From the NCBI GenBank assembly GCA_963800555.1, contig CAWDBH010000005.1:12313-76312 (forward strand): a stretch of DNA of 64,000 bases. The letters are read 5' to 3'. Made by a program: the position numbers and the translations under genes. A model generated the notes under the pieces. That model was not told the origin of the DNA. It did not search any database and saw nothing but the letters and a program-made list of their open reading frames with translations. The stretch comes from an uncultured Candidatus Micrarchaeota archaeon. Lineage in GTDB: Archaea; Micrarchaeota; Micrarchaeia; Anstonellales; Bilamarchaeaceae. Positions within the stretch are counted from its first letter, which is position 1. Each line of letters begins with the position of its first letter. Below, one piece after another: positions 17,698-26,900 of the stretch.

Positions 17698-19836
17698 ATG
17701 GCTGCAAATCTCAAGGTTGCGGAAGCGTTCCAGAACGATATCGGGCGGGGAATCGCCAGGATAGACTCCAAGGCCAAGAGCGAGCTGGGAGTATCAACAG
17801 GGGACATAATCAAGCTCGTCGGGAAGAAGTCCGCCCTCGCCATCGTATGGCAGGCGCATCCGGACGACGAGGGCCTCGATATGATCAGGATGGACGGCAT
17901 CCTTAGGCAGAACGTCGGCGTCGGGCTCGGCGAGAAGGTCCGGATAGAGCAGGTGCAGACCAAGGTCGCGAAGAAGATAGTGCTCGCCCCGCAGGAAGCG
18001 GTCCGCTATTCGGTCGGATTCGACCAGTATGTGAAGAAAAGGCTCATCGGAAAACCGATTCTCAAAGGCAACCTCCTCCCGGTCGGCATCTTCGGCACAT
18101 CCATCCCGCTCATAGTCACGCAGGTGTTCCCGCAGGGCCCGGTCATGATAAGCGAGGAGACGGAGATCAAGATAAACCGCGAGCCGATGAAGGACATCAA
18201 GAACGTCCCGAACATAACATACGACGATGTCGGCGGACTCAAGGACACCATACAGAAGGTCCGCGAGATGATCGAGCTCCCGCTGCGCCATCCCGAGATA
18301 TTCGAGCGGTTGGGGATAGACCCGCCGAAAGGGATCCTGCTCTACGGGCCTCCGGGCACCGGGAAGACTCTGCTCGCGAAGGCGGTCGCGAACGAGAGCG
18401 ATGCCAACTTCTACTACGTCGGCGGACCGGAAATCATCAGCAAATACGTAGGAGAGAGCGAAGAGAGGCTCAGGAAATTATTTGCTGAAGCGCAGGAGAA
18501 CGCGCCTTCGATAATATTCATAGACGAGATAGACGCCATCGCGCCGAAAAGGGAAGACGTTGTCGGAGAAGTAGAAAAGCGCATGGTCTCCCAAATGTTA
18601 ACGATAATGGACGGCCTCAAAGCCAGGGGCGAGGTCATAGTCATAGGAGCCACCAACCGGCCGGACACGATCGACCCCGCATTGCGCAGGCCCGGAAGGT
18701 TCGACCGCGAGATAGAGATAGGGGTGCCTGACAAGCAGGGCAGGAACGAGATAATGAACATACAGGTCAGGAACATGCCATTGGACAAGGACGTGAATAT
18801 CGCGGAGATAGCCGCGGTCACCCACGGGTACACCGGCGCGGACCTATCCCTCTTATCCAAAGAAGCGGCGATAAAATCCCTGAGAAGGGTGCTCCCCGCG
18901 ATCAACATCCAGGAAGAGACGATATCATCGGAGATATTGGAGCGCCTTAGCGTCACGCGCGAGGACTTCTTCAATGCCATGCACGAGATACAGCCGTCTG
19001 CCCTCCGTGAGTTCTATGTGGAGCGGCCGTCCGTGAAATGGGAGGACATCGGCGGCCTCGTCCAGGTTAAGAGCGAGCTCCAGGAAGCGGTGGAGATGCC
19101 GCTCAAGAAGCCGGAACTTTTCGAGAGGATGGGCATCCGGCCGATAAAAGGCATACTGCTCTACGGCCCGCCAGGGACAGGGAAGACATTGCTCGCGAAG
19201 GCGGTCGCGAACGAGAGCGAGGTCAATTTCATCGCCACCAAAGGCTCCGACCTGATGCACGCGCATGTGGGCGAATCCGCGAAACGCACGCGCGAGCTTT
19301 TCAGGAAAGCGAGGACCGCTGCCCCGAGCATAGTCTTCATAGACGAGATAGACACCATAGCCAGGTCCCGCTCGTCCAACAGCCCTTCGATAATCCACGA
19401 GGACATCGTGAACGGGATACTTGTGGAGATGGACGGCCTCCGCAGCCTGAAGAACGTCATCGTGATAGCGGCGACGAACAGGCCGGACATGCTGGATGCA
19501 GCGCTCATCCGCTCGGGAAGGTTCGATAGGCTCATAGAGATCCCGGCTCCAGACGAGAACGCACGGGCCGAGATATTCAAGGTGTGCACGTCCAAGATGC
19601 CGCTTGAGAAGGATGTCATTCTAAAAGACCTTTCCAAGAATACTGATGGATATACAGGAGCGGACATCGACAATCTCGTCCGCGAAGCGGGGATGGCCGC
19701 GATAAGGGAAGGCGCGAAGAAGGTGTCCCTCAAGCATTTCGAGCTCGCGTACAAATCAATCGTGCCGAGCATGAAGAGAGAGGATGTTGAGAGCGTCCAG
19801 AAATTCAAGATGAGCGCCGCCACGATGTATCGGTGA
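17698..19836 (+). CDS. cdc48: Cdc48/VCP-type AAA+ ATPase
   Basis: An N-domain plus two AAA modules, each with GPPGTGKTLLAKAVANE, Walker B IIFIDEID / IVFIDEID, and SRH regions. The ATG at 17698 lies 1 nt after the upstream stop. Confidence 0.95.
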   Translation: MAANLKVAEAFQNDIGRGIARIDSKAKSELGVSTGDIIKLVGKKSALAIVWQAHPDDEGLDMIRMDGILRQNVGVGLGEKVRIEQVQTKVAKKIVLAPQEAVRYSVGFDQYVKKRLIGKPILKGNLLPVGIFGTSIPLIVTQVFPQGPVMISEETEIKINREPMKDIKNVPNITYDDVGGLKDTIQKVREMIELPLRHPEIFERLGIDPPKGILLYGPPGTGKTLLAKAVANESDANFYYVGGPEIISKYVGESEERLRKLFAEAQENAPSIIFIDEIDAIAPKREDVVGEVEKRMVSQMLTIMDGLKARGEVIVIGATNRPDTIDPALRRPGRFDREIEIGVPDKQGRNEIMNIQVRNMPLDKDVNIAEIAAVTHGYTGADLSLLSKEAAIKSLRRVLPAINIQEETISSEILERLSVTREDFFNAMHEIQPSALREFYVERPSVKWEDIGGLVQVKSELQEAVEMPLKKPELFERMGIRPIKGILLYGPPGTGKTLLAKAVANESEVNFIATKGSDLMHAHVGESAKRTRELFRKARTAAPSIVFIDEIDTIARSRSSNSPSIIHEDIVNGILVEMDGLRSLKNVIVIAATNRPDMLDAALIRSGRFDRLIEIPAPDENARAEIFKVCTSKMPLEKDVILKDLSKNTDGYTGADIDNLVREAGMAAIREGAKKVSLKHFELAYKSIVPSMKREDVESVQKFKMSAATMYR

Positions 19837-19840
19837 AAAC

Positions 19841-20242
19841 ATGAGGATAATGCTTTTCGGGAAGCTGATGCTGATCGCCATATGCGCGCCGCTGCTCTAC
19901 TTCGGGCTCGCGCCAGCGGTAGGCTTGCTCGAGACGGTGAAACTGATAGCGGTCGGCGGCGTGGCTTCGGTCTGCATAGCGGCGTTCTATCCCGAGATAC
20001 GCGGCATAAGGAACGGTGACGCGGTATCCGTCGTGCCCGATTCCGGGATCCCGAGCATCATCGGGAAGATGGGCACGGCGGCAGCGGACGGAAGGAAAAA
20101 CCAGAAGATAAAGGTGAGGCTCGACAACGGCGCCGAGGTGCTCGGGCTGATCGAGAGCTACACCGGGCTGATAAGCCCTCCGAAGATCAAGCTCATATAC
20201 GAGGAGAAGCTAGTGCCAGGACAAGAGAGATTAATCGAATAA
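19841..20242 (+). CDS. small membrane-anchored protein
   Basis: 133 aa with two N-terminal TM helices and a soluble beta-rich C-terminus. GGTGA lies upstream. Confidence 0.45.
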   Translation: MRIMLFGKLMLIAICAPLLYFGLAPAVGLLETVKLIAVGGVASVCIAAFYPEIRGIRNGDAVSVVPDSGIPSIIGKMGTAAADGRKNQKIKVRLDNGAEVLGLIESYTGLISPPKIKLIYEEKLVPGQERLIE

Positions 20243-20257
20243 AACGGAGTTGGGATA

Positions 20258-21010
20258 TTGTACGGCATCAACCTTGGGAGAGATGAGATCGCTCAGATAA
20301 CCATCTGCGTCATCTCCATATCGTTCGCGTTCGCGCTCGTTTTCGCGGGCGTCCAGGGGATGGTGGGCCACCCTCTGGAATTCCTCGTCTTCATAGTCCC
20401 GCTGCTCGTGACGGTCGGGAGCGGATTCATCCTGCATGAGATGTCCCACAAGCTCGTGGCCATGTATTACGGCGCGCAGGCCAGGTTCAGGATGTGGATC
20501 CAGGGCCTCGTGGTCATGCTGGTCGGAGCGGTCTTCGGGGTGCTGTTCGCGGCCCCTGGAGCGGTCTATATCTACTCGAACAACATCAACAAGCGCCAGA
20601 ACGGGATAATCTCCCTGGCAGGCCCGATGCTCAACGTAATATTGGCCGGAGTCTTCATCGGCTTGCAGTTCCTGGCTCCGATAAGCCAGTTCTACAGCTT
20701 CTTGGTCCCCATCGGGACGGACTTCGCGGGCTACGGCATGTCCAACGGCGTGCTCCAGGTATGGTGGTTCGGAGCGGCCATGAACATCGTGCTCGCGCTC
20801 TTCAACATGATACCCGCGTTCCCCCTAGACGGGAGCAAGGTCTTCGCTTGGAGCAAGCTCATCTGGCTGGCATTCGTCCTTCTCCTGTTCTACATCGGGA
20901 TATTGGTGATAGGCTGGGAGCTGGTCATAGGGTGGGCGATCATGCTCGTGTTCTTCAGCGTGCTCTCGTTGCTTCTCTTCGGGGACATGAGCCGGAGGCT
21001 GAATCAGTGA
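20258..21010 (+). CDS. site-2 protease family (peptidase M50) membrane metalloprotease
   Basis: HEMSHKLVA (HExxH) and FNMIPAFPLDGSKV (the NxxPxxxLDG-type motif), with multiple TM helices. Confidence 0.85.
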   Translation: MYGINLGRDEIAQITICVISISFAFALVFAGVQGMVGHPLEFLVFIVPLLVTVGSGFILHEMSHKLVAMYYGAQARFRMWIQGLVVMLVGAVFGVLFAAPGAVYIYSNNINKRQNGIISLAGPMLNVILAGVFIGLQFLAPISQFYSFLVPIGTDFAGYGMSNGVLQVWWFGAAMNIVLALFNMIPAFPLDGSKVFAWSKLIWLAFVLLLFYIGILVIGWELVIGWAIMLVFFSVLSLLLFGDMSRRLNQ

Positions 21011-21555
21011 AAGGCGCTGAAGCTGTGCTGACAAGGACTACGGTCATAGGCCGGGATGCACTGATCAAGAGCCGCATAGCCAAAGGCTATCGCATCAAGG
21101 AACTGGATGCCAGGCTGCGTTCTGAAAGGACAAAAATGGAGGCGCGGCTATTGAACAAAGCGAAACTCGCCGGAGTCCCATGCCCGACAGTGCTCGAAGT
21201 GGACGAATTCGACATAGTGATGGAGAGGATAGACGGCGAGAGGCCGAAAATGGATGCAACTGATTGCGAGAAGGCTGGCGCACTGCTCGCCAAGCTCCAT
21301 GGTGCGGACATAATACACGGGGATTTCACTCCCGCGAACCTGCTCAGCGACGGGAAAACATTCTATGTCATAGACTTCGGCCTGGGCTTCATCTCGAATG
21401 ATATCGAAGACAAGGCGGTGGATGTCTTCACCATGCTCAGGATGATACCTGATAATAAAGAGAAATTCATCAAAGGCTATAGCAGGTATTCCAAGGCGCC
21501 AAGCGTGCTGAAGCGCGTGAAGGACGTGGAGAAGAGAGTGAGATACGCGCAGTGA
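21007..21555 (+). CDS. bud32: Bud32/PRPK-like small atypical kinase (KEOPS subunit)
   Basis: IMERIDGE, LHGADIIHGDFTPANLL and YVIDFGLG, in the short (about 180 aa) archaeal Bud32 format. A GTG at 21007 overlaps the upstream stop. The N-terminal 170 aa of track ORF 20494..21555 are out-of-frame overlap with the M50 gene. Confidence 0.8.
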   Translation: MKGAEAVLTRTTVIGRDALIKSRIAKGYRIKELDARLRSERTKMEARLLNKAKLAGVPCPTVLEVDEFDIVMERIDGERPKMDATDCEKAGALLAKLHGADIIHGDFTPANLLSDGKTFYVIDFGLGFISNDIEDKAVDVFTMLRMIPDNKEKFIKGYSRYSKAPSVLKRVKDVEKRVRYAQ

Positions 21556-22494
21556 TCACAATTTCATTATCGTCCCTTTGGCCGGGAAGACGAAATCTCC
21601 CCACATGGTCGCGGTCTCGATGTTGCGCAAGGAAGGGAATTCCGCCTTGAGCCGCCGCGTTATGGAATTGAACTTCTGGTAATCCTCCACCATTATCTCC
21701 AGCTCGATGTCCCACGGAGCGATGACTGTCACGATGTGCAGGATATTCGGATCCTGCTTCGCCATCTCGAACAGCCTCTTCTCGTCATCTTCTGAGAAGG
21801 AATCGAAATAGAGGAACGCCTTGTAGAACTCCAGACCGAGCTTCTGGTAATCGATTATGGCCTTGTAGCTCACGATTATCCCCTTGGATTCCAGCTTCTT
21901 CATCCTGCCCCGCACGATATCTACGGTAGTCCCTGATCCGGCGGCGAGTCCCACCAGACTCATCCGTGAATCATGCAGAAGCGCTGACAATATCCCCCTG
22001 TCGATTTCATCTAGCCCATTCTCCTCGATTCTGCCGAACATGTAATAGTAGTCTTTCGGCTCCTGATAGAAAATCTTTTTGGGGTATGCATATGCGACCA
22101 CGGTTATGCCGGTGAATTTCTGGAGGATTATGCGGCTATACTTAGAAAAAATCTCGTTCTTCCTTTCGAAGAATTCACCATTGTCTTTCGCGAAGAATGT
22201 CAGGCCAACGTCCCACGCCCCGTCCGCTGTGCCGAGCCAGAACAGGTCCACCCGCTTCTTGAGGTCTTCTAGGAATCCTTCCCTCTCTTTCTCGTTGCCG
22301 CCCATCTTGATATATATCTTGTATGCCTGGTAGCCGAGCTTCGAGACGTTCAACCATGTAGCATATCCAGTGATGACGCCGCGCTTCTCGAGTTGCATGA
22401 TGCGATAGCGCACGGTCTCGCGCGAGCGCCCGATTTTTTTCGCGAGGGCGGTCTCCGGCTGGCGTGCGTTCCAGTCGAGTTCATATACTGACAT
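21556..22494 (-). CDS. tandem Lrp/AsnC-type transcriptional regulator (two HTH+RAM units)
   Basis: Two HTH segments: LAKKIGRSRETVRYRIMQLEKRGVITGY and LAAGSGTTVDIVRGRMKKLESKGIIVSY. Confidence 0.8.
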   Translation of the reverse strand: MSVYELDWNARQPETALAKKIGRSRETVRYRIMQLEKRGVITGYATWLNVSKLGYQAYKIYIKMGGNEKEREGFLEDLKKRVDLFWLGTADGAWDVGLTFFAKDNGEFFERKNEIFSKYSRIILQKFTGITVVAYAYPKKIFYQEPKDYYYMFGRIEENGLDEIDRGILSALLHDSRMSLVGLAAGSGTTVDIVRGRMKKLESKGIIVSYKAIIDYQKLGLEFYKAFLYFDSFSEDDEKRLFEMAKQDPNILHIVTVIAPWDIELEIMVEDYQKFNSITRRLKAEFPSLRNIETATMWGDFVFPAKGTIMKL

Positions 22495-22543
22495 CCTCCC
22501 ACTTCTAAATGACGTGGGGTTCCTTGGTTCGGGGTTACTGGCT

Positions 22544-23557
22544 TCATAGCATTTCCCCTCTGGGCGTATCAGTGCTGCCCTTCAACGCATCTCTTTCTAC
22601 GTTGAATCGAGAGATGCCTTCATGATACAGATGCGCTATATTGAAACCTGCATTTGCATCAGCATTCTCAACCACTCCACAACTTGTGCAGTGGAACTCT
22701 TTTGCTTTCCTACTGTTGCTATCTATATGACCGCATCTGCTACATCTCTGCGACGTATACTGCGGTTCGACATAGGCAACAGGCACTCCATACTTTTTGG
22801 ACTTGTATTCTATCATGCTTTGCAACTGATAGAAACTCCAAGAGTTTAGGGAATACCTCTGCTTCTTTCTCGTTTTAGCTGTCCTTCTTATGTTTTTCAA
22901 TCCTTCAAGGACTATGATAGCCTTGTTGCTCTGTGCTTCCACAACAAGCCTCTTGCTTATCTGATGATTGATGTTCCTGACGATTCTGCTTTCTCTATTC
23001 TTGATTTTCTTTACGAGAGCATATTTGCTTTTCTTCTGCAAGTCTTTCCTGATGCTCTTGTATTTCGCATGGATGTGGTTGCATTCCTTTCCGAGCTTCA
23101 GCACTTTCCCTGTGTTGATATTAGATGCGACCAAGACATGACCAGTCGTGTTCCTATCAACGCCGATTACCTGCGCAGGAGCGTAGCAAGGCTGTTCTTT
23201 GTATGAGCAGGAGATATAAGCATAGGTATCATCAAGCTCTATCTGATTTATCTTCTCAAAGGAGGCAGGGAAGGTTATCGACAGAATCAGCTTCAGGCAT
23301 GGTAGATGAATCTCCTTTCCTACAATCTTTATGCCTTGATTCGGTATCGCCAGATTCACAGACTTGACTGCCTTTGCTCGTCTGTTTCTCGCATACTTTC
23401 TGAGGATTTGGTTTGCTATCATGGATTTCAAACCGATGTGCTTCACGTCCTTGCTGGATATTTTCCTTTCTGAGATAGCAAAGTCGGCAACCTTCTTGGC
23501 AAGACTGAGTTCATGGCTGAAATCCCTGCCGTGTTTGACTTTGTATGTCAGTATCAT
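22544..23557 (-). CDS. tnpB: TnpB (OrfB) RNA-guided-nuclease family protein, compact 337 aa
   Basis: C-terminal Zn-ribbon/RuvC-III region YTSQRCSRCGHID...FHCTSCGVVENADANAGFNI. Confidence 0.85.
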   Translation of the reverse strand: MILTYKVKHGRDFSHELSLAKKVADFAISERKISSKDVKHIGLKSMIANQILRKYARNRRAKAVKSVNLAIPNQGIKIVGKEIHLPCLKLILSITFPASFEKINQIELDDTYAYISCSYKEQPCYAPAQVIGVDRNTTGHVLVASNINTGKVLKLGKECNHIHAKYKSIRKDLQKKSKYALVKKIKNRESRIVRNINHQISKRLVVEAQSNKAIIVLEGLKNIRRTAKTRKKQRYSLNSWSFYQLQSMIEYKSKKYGVPVAYVEPQYTSQRCSRCGHIDSNSRKAKEFHCTSCGVVENADANAGFNIAHLYHEGISRFNVERDALKGSTDTPRGEML

Positions 23558-23964
23558 ATCTTATCCCACTGTCGTTCTATGTATTTCTGGATTGCTGCCG
23601 AAGAGACGTTGCCAGCAGTTGAAAGGAAATATGAACGTGTCCATAACGTCGGCATCTTCATAAGCATTGGAAACTCCCTGCGTAGATACCTTGAGCTTCT
23701 GCCCTTGAATCTCTTGACGACTATCTCAGGTCTGGTTCTCACATCTGCATAGACGAATAAATGAACGTGGTCTGGCATGATTTCCTTTGCTATTATCTTC
23801 CATTGATTCTCCTGCGCTACCTCATCACATAGCTCTGATAGACGATTCTTGATGTCGCCTACCAATAACTTTCTCCTGTATTTTGGGCAGAACACAAGAT
23901 GATAGTTTATCATGACGACAGACGTTGTATTGTGTTTATACTCCATAGATAGATTATACTCCAT
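23554..23964 (-). CDS. tnpA: IS200-type Y1 (HUH) transposase TnpA
   Basis: YHLVFCPKYRRKLL and PDHVHLFV (HUH motif), with a C-terminal Tyr-containing helix. The gene is 136 aa. Confidence 0.85.
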   Translation of the reverse strand: MEYNLSMEYKHNTTSVVMINYHLVFCPKYRRKLLVGDIKNRLSELCDEVAQENQWKIIAKEIMPDHVHLFVYADVRTRPEIVVKRFKGRSSRYLRREFPMLMKMPTLWTRSYFLSTAGNVSSAAIQKYIERQWDKI

Positions 23965-24109
23965 CTAATTCATATACTGTTGCATTCATCTAATATCTGG
24001 GCATTCATCCCACGATTAAAAGTCGTGGGCTTTCTGCCCTATGGAAGTGTAAGCGCAAATCTATTTTGTCGAGCTTTTCCTTCATTATTATACAATATAT
24101 GGAAATATT

Positions 24110-25141
24110 GGCTCTGTAGAAACCCTCTCTTAAGTCCAGCTTAAGACGAGGCAACAAAAAATCTCCTCTAGCTGGACTGACCGGTAAATGTTGTAGGCAA
24201 AGTACTTCAGCTTCAATTCCTTGCGCCGCATCCAGATGCCCTTGCTATAGAGGGCGTCTCCGAAGACCCTCTTTACAACGGAGTTGATTGTTTCTATGAG
24301 GTTGCGCTGCCGCCCCCTCAAAGCGAAGGTGAGCCGATTCCAGTTGTTCAAAACCCTGCGCCTTATCTGGCTTTTGCATTTGTGCCTGTCGGTTTCCTTG
24401 ATCTTGATGTACGGCACGGCCTTCAGAAGCTTCTCCACGAGAAGGATCTCATCCTTGCCATCGTACCCCTTGTCAGCATGAACCTCTGAAATCTTCTTCA
24501 AGAGTATCAGGGCGCGTTTCATCAGCCTCCTGAAATCAATGATATCATGAGACGGGAAATTCCTTAGCCTGCAGCAGACGATGACCTGATTTGTCAGGTC
24601 CCCAACGAATGAACCTTTGAGGAACGTCTTATGCGTAGGCTTGCGTTTTATCCTCCTCACGAAGTAGCTGCTGGCATGCGAAGCAGGATATCCTGAAGAG
24701 TCTATCCCTACGACGGCTCCCCTGATCAATTGATCCCCTATGATGAGGATTGCGACCACTGCGATAAGGGTATCCAATACCTGTGAGTCCAGCCTCTTGA
24801 TGAACTTCTGGAGGGTAGTGAAATGAGGTATCTTCGTGAGACCCATCGCTTGCATCAAGTCGCTGCCAATGCCGTCAACAGTATCCCTGTAATCCTCGTC
24901 AGTCTTCTGTTTCAGGACAGCTATCGCTAGGAGCTGATGCTGAGTGAAGTCTTTTCTTGAGAATTTGTTTCCATATTCAGGCAGCACGTACTTGGCTGCC
25001 TGCTGGGCCCTAACCGCTACTCTAATTAACTTTGACGTTCTCTTTTGCATGGATTTCGCCGCTGGGAGGAGTCAAGGCCCTGGTAAGCCTCGACGATGAA
25101 ACCCATTGGCATACTTATCAATTAAGCATTTCTACAGAGCC
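24110..25141 (-). mobile_element. IS4/IS5-superfamily insertion sequence with 13-bp perfect terminal inverted repeats and 8-bp target-site duplication
   Basis: IR GGCTCTGTAGAAA at 24110..24122 matches its reverse complement at 25129..25141. A flanking direct repeat GAAATATT occurs at 24102..24109 and 25142..25149. Confidence 0.85.
24130..25050 (-). CDS. DDE transposase (IS4/IS5 type)
   Basis: GIDSSG, HADKGYDG and RNLIETINSVVKR (a YREK-type signature). Confidence 0.8.
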   Translation of the reverse strand: MQKRTSKLIRVAVRAQQAAKYVLPEYGNKFSRKDFTQHQLLAIAVLKQKTDEDYRDTVDGIGSDLMQAMGLTKIPHFTTLQKFIKRLDSQVLDTLIAVVAILIIGDQLIRGAVVGIDSSGYPASHASSYFVRRIKRKPTHKTFLKGSFVGDLTNQVIVCCRLRNFPSHDIIDFRRLMKRALILLKKISEVHADKGYDGKDEILLVEKLLKAVPYIKIKETDRHKCKSQIRRRVLNNWNRLTFALRGRQRNLIETINSVVKRVFGDALYSKGIWMRRKELKLKYFAYNIYRSVQLEEIFCCLVLSWT

Positions 25142-25215
25142 GAAATATTGATAAATAAATTCATTTTTCGCTGGAAATTATTTGGAATATTTAATATATG
25201 AAATAATGTCAATTA

Positions 25216-26142
25216 ATGACCATGTGTGTATTGTCTCAAGACAAAAAGGCGTCGGTCGCAAAAGTTCAGGCTTCACGGATATCGCCAAAAGGTTTCGAAA
25301 GCGAGGAAGCTATGCTGGATAGTATTGCGCAGAGTTGCCGCGGAAAGCGGAGCGTCATGCTGACCGGTAATTACGTGGTGCGCGAAGGCCCGAACATCGA
25401 ACAGGAAGACCCACGCCTTCTTGGGGAAGGAATGCTCCTGACAGTCGAGCTTTGCGCGCGGACGTACAGGAAGTGCGTCGGCACCGGAATAGAACCACCG
25501 ACACTGCTACTGGTGCCGAACGACTTGGTACCAGAAACTTTCGCAAGCTTCGAGGAAGAGCGAGCTTTCAAAAGCGCATATAGTATCCCTGATGAGATAC
25601 GTGCCATTCTGGCTGCGACAGGCATATCCCAGGAGCCCGTATATTTCTTCAACCGGGATTTCGAAAGGGCGGAGCAGGAGACAGCGAGAGAGTTCGCTAG
25701 CATCCGGAAACGCATCTCCGAAGGGGCCGAAAAATTGATCGTGCTGTTCGAAAGCTTCGCCCAGAATCTCGCCACGAGAGATATCGGGAGAGGGAAGGTG
25801 AAGCACGTCGAAGATATAGAAATCGAGCCTTCGGGCAGAAGAAAGGCGATCATACCTTCGGCTATAGTCGACACGTTCAGCAGGCAGCCGCAGCTTTCGC
25901 CCATTGCAATCACCATCACGAACCCGAACGGCGCACCATACTGCTCATTCCTCGCAGCGACGCTTTTCAGGCAATTCGAGCGGCTGGGTTTTGACCAGAT
26001 GATAAACTCTTTCGTCAAGGAGGAGCATCCCTGCGCAGACAAAGCTGCGGCAGCATACAAATATCTATACGAAGGGAAAATGTCCATCCGCAACATCTAT
26101 ATGGATGGCGCGAGCGTCGTTGTCGACATCACGGCAGTCTGA
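25216..26142 (+). CDS. hypothetical protein
   Basis: 308-aa ORF with protein-like composition and no motif that I recognise. Confidence 0.5.
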   Translation: MTMCVLSQDKKASVAKVQASRISPKGFESEEAMLDSIAQSCRGKRSVMLTGNYVVREGPNIEQEDPRLLGEGMLLTVELCARTYRKCVGTGIEPPTLLLVPNDLVPETFASFEEERAFKSAYSIPDEIRAILAATGISQEPVYFFNRDFERAEQETAREFASIRKRISEGAEKLIVLFESFAQNLATRDIGRGKVKHVEDIEIEPSGRRKAIIPSAIVDTFSRQPQLSPIAITITNPNGAPYCSFLAATLFRQFERLGFDQMINSFVKEEHPCADKAAAAYKYLYEGKMSIRNIYMDGASVVVDITAV

Positions 26143-26180
26143 TTTCATGTTTTATAAATTGTTTTATTTAATATCATGGT

Positions 26181-26900
26181 GTGACTGAAGTTGACAGACG
26201 CATACGGGCCGCCATGACGGATTCGGTGCATGAAGGCGGAGACTGCCTCATATCCATGAAGAAAGGCATTGATCAGATCGAGAAGAGATGCCGCGCCAGG
26301 ATGATGGCGCCTATCCAGAGGGTCATGCCGCAGATAAGCGAATGGGGCGGCGAACGATCCGGTCAAAGCGTCATGCTGTGCCCGATAGATTCCATGTTCA
26401 ATCTCTCCAGGCAGCACGGTCCGTATGGATTGATGACCGCATATCTCTATGAAGGCGAACCGCAGCTCGGAACGCTTTTCCTGCCCAAACATGGAGAGAC
26501 TATGGTCGCTGAGAGAGGCAGGGGGACATATTACAATGATTCGAAGATAAAGGTGATCGGGCGGACGGAGCTGCCCGATGCCATCATCCGCTGCGACTGT
26601 TTCGATCAGGATGAGAGAGTCGGCTGGATTGTCGACACTTTGACAGAAAATAGGGTAAGATGGCAGAATTTCGATTCTCCCGCGGAGGCGTTCACGGCGT
26701 TGGTCACTGGGAAAGTGGAGGGTTACGTCTCCCCTTGCATGGATCCGTCGCATATCGGCGGCTATCTGGTGATGCAGGAGGCGGGCATAATAGTGACTGA
26801 CAGCAAAGGAAAGGATCTCGATGCTGAGTCTCCGAATATCGTGGCGGCCAGACCGGGTCTCCATGAGCAGCTGCTTGAATTGATTGGGAGGGTGTTGTGA
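26181..26900 (+). CDS. inositol-monophosphatase-fold protein with degenerate metal-binding motif
   Basis: IMPase-like order of motifs: LCPIDSMFN replaces the canonical DPIDGT, followed by GTLFLPKHGETMVAERGRGTYYND, GYLVMQEAGIIVTD and IVAARPGLHEQL. The start is a GTG. Confidence 0.6.
   Translation: MTEVDRRIRAAMTDSVHEGGDCLISMKKGIDQIEKRCRARMMAPIQRVMPQISEWGGERSGQSVMLCPIDSMFNLSRQHGPYGLMTAYLYEGEPQLGTLFLPKHGETMVAERGRGTYYNDSKIKVIGRTELPDAIIRCDCFDQDERVGWIVDTLTENRVRWQNFDSPAEAFTALVTGKVEGYVSPCMDPSHIGGYLVMQEAGIIVTDSKGKDLDAESPNIVAARPGLHEQLLELIGRVL

Larger units (their letters stand above)
22495..24040 (-). mobile_element. IS200/IS605-family insertion sequence (tnpA + tnpB) with subterminal hairpins
   Basis: The LE-side hairpin is CCCACGA-ttaaaag-TCGTGGG at 24009..24029. 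The RE-side hairpin is CCCAC-11nt-GTGGG at 22498..22518. The two share the CCCAC/GTGGG stem. The tnpA and tnpB genes overlap. Outer ends are approximate. Confidence 0.65.

Noticed and set aside
20494-21006. The N-terminal 170 aa of track ORF 20494..21555.
   Set aside because: It overlaps the M50 protease gene out of frame and has an R/G/P-rich composition. The Bud32 homology starts only at about 21007.
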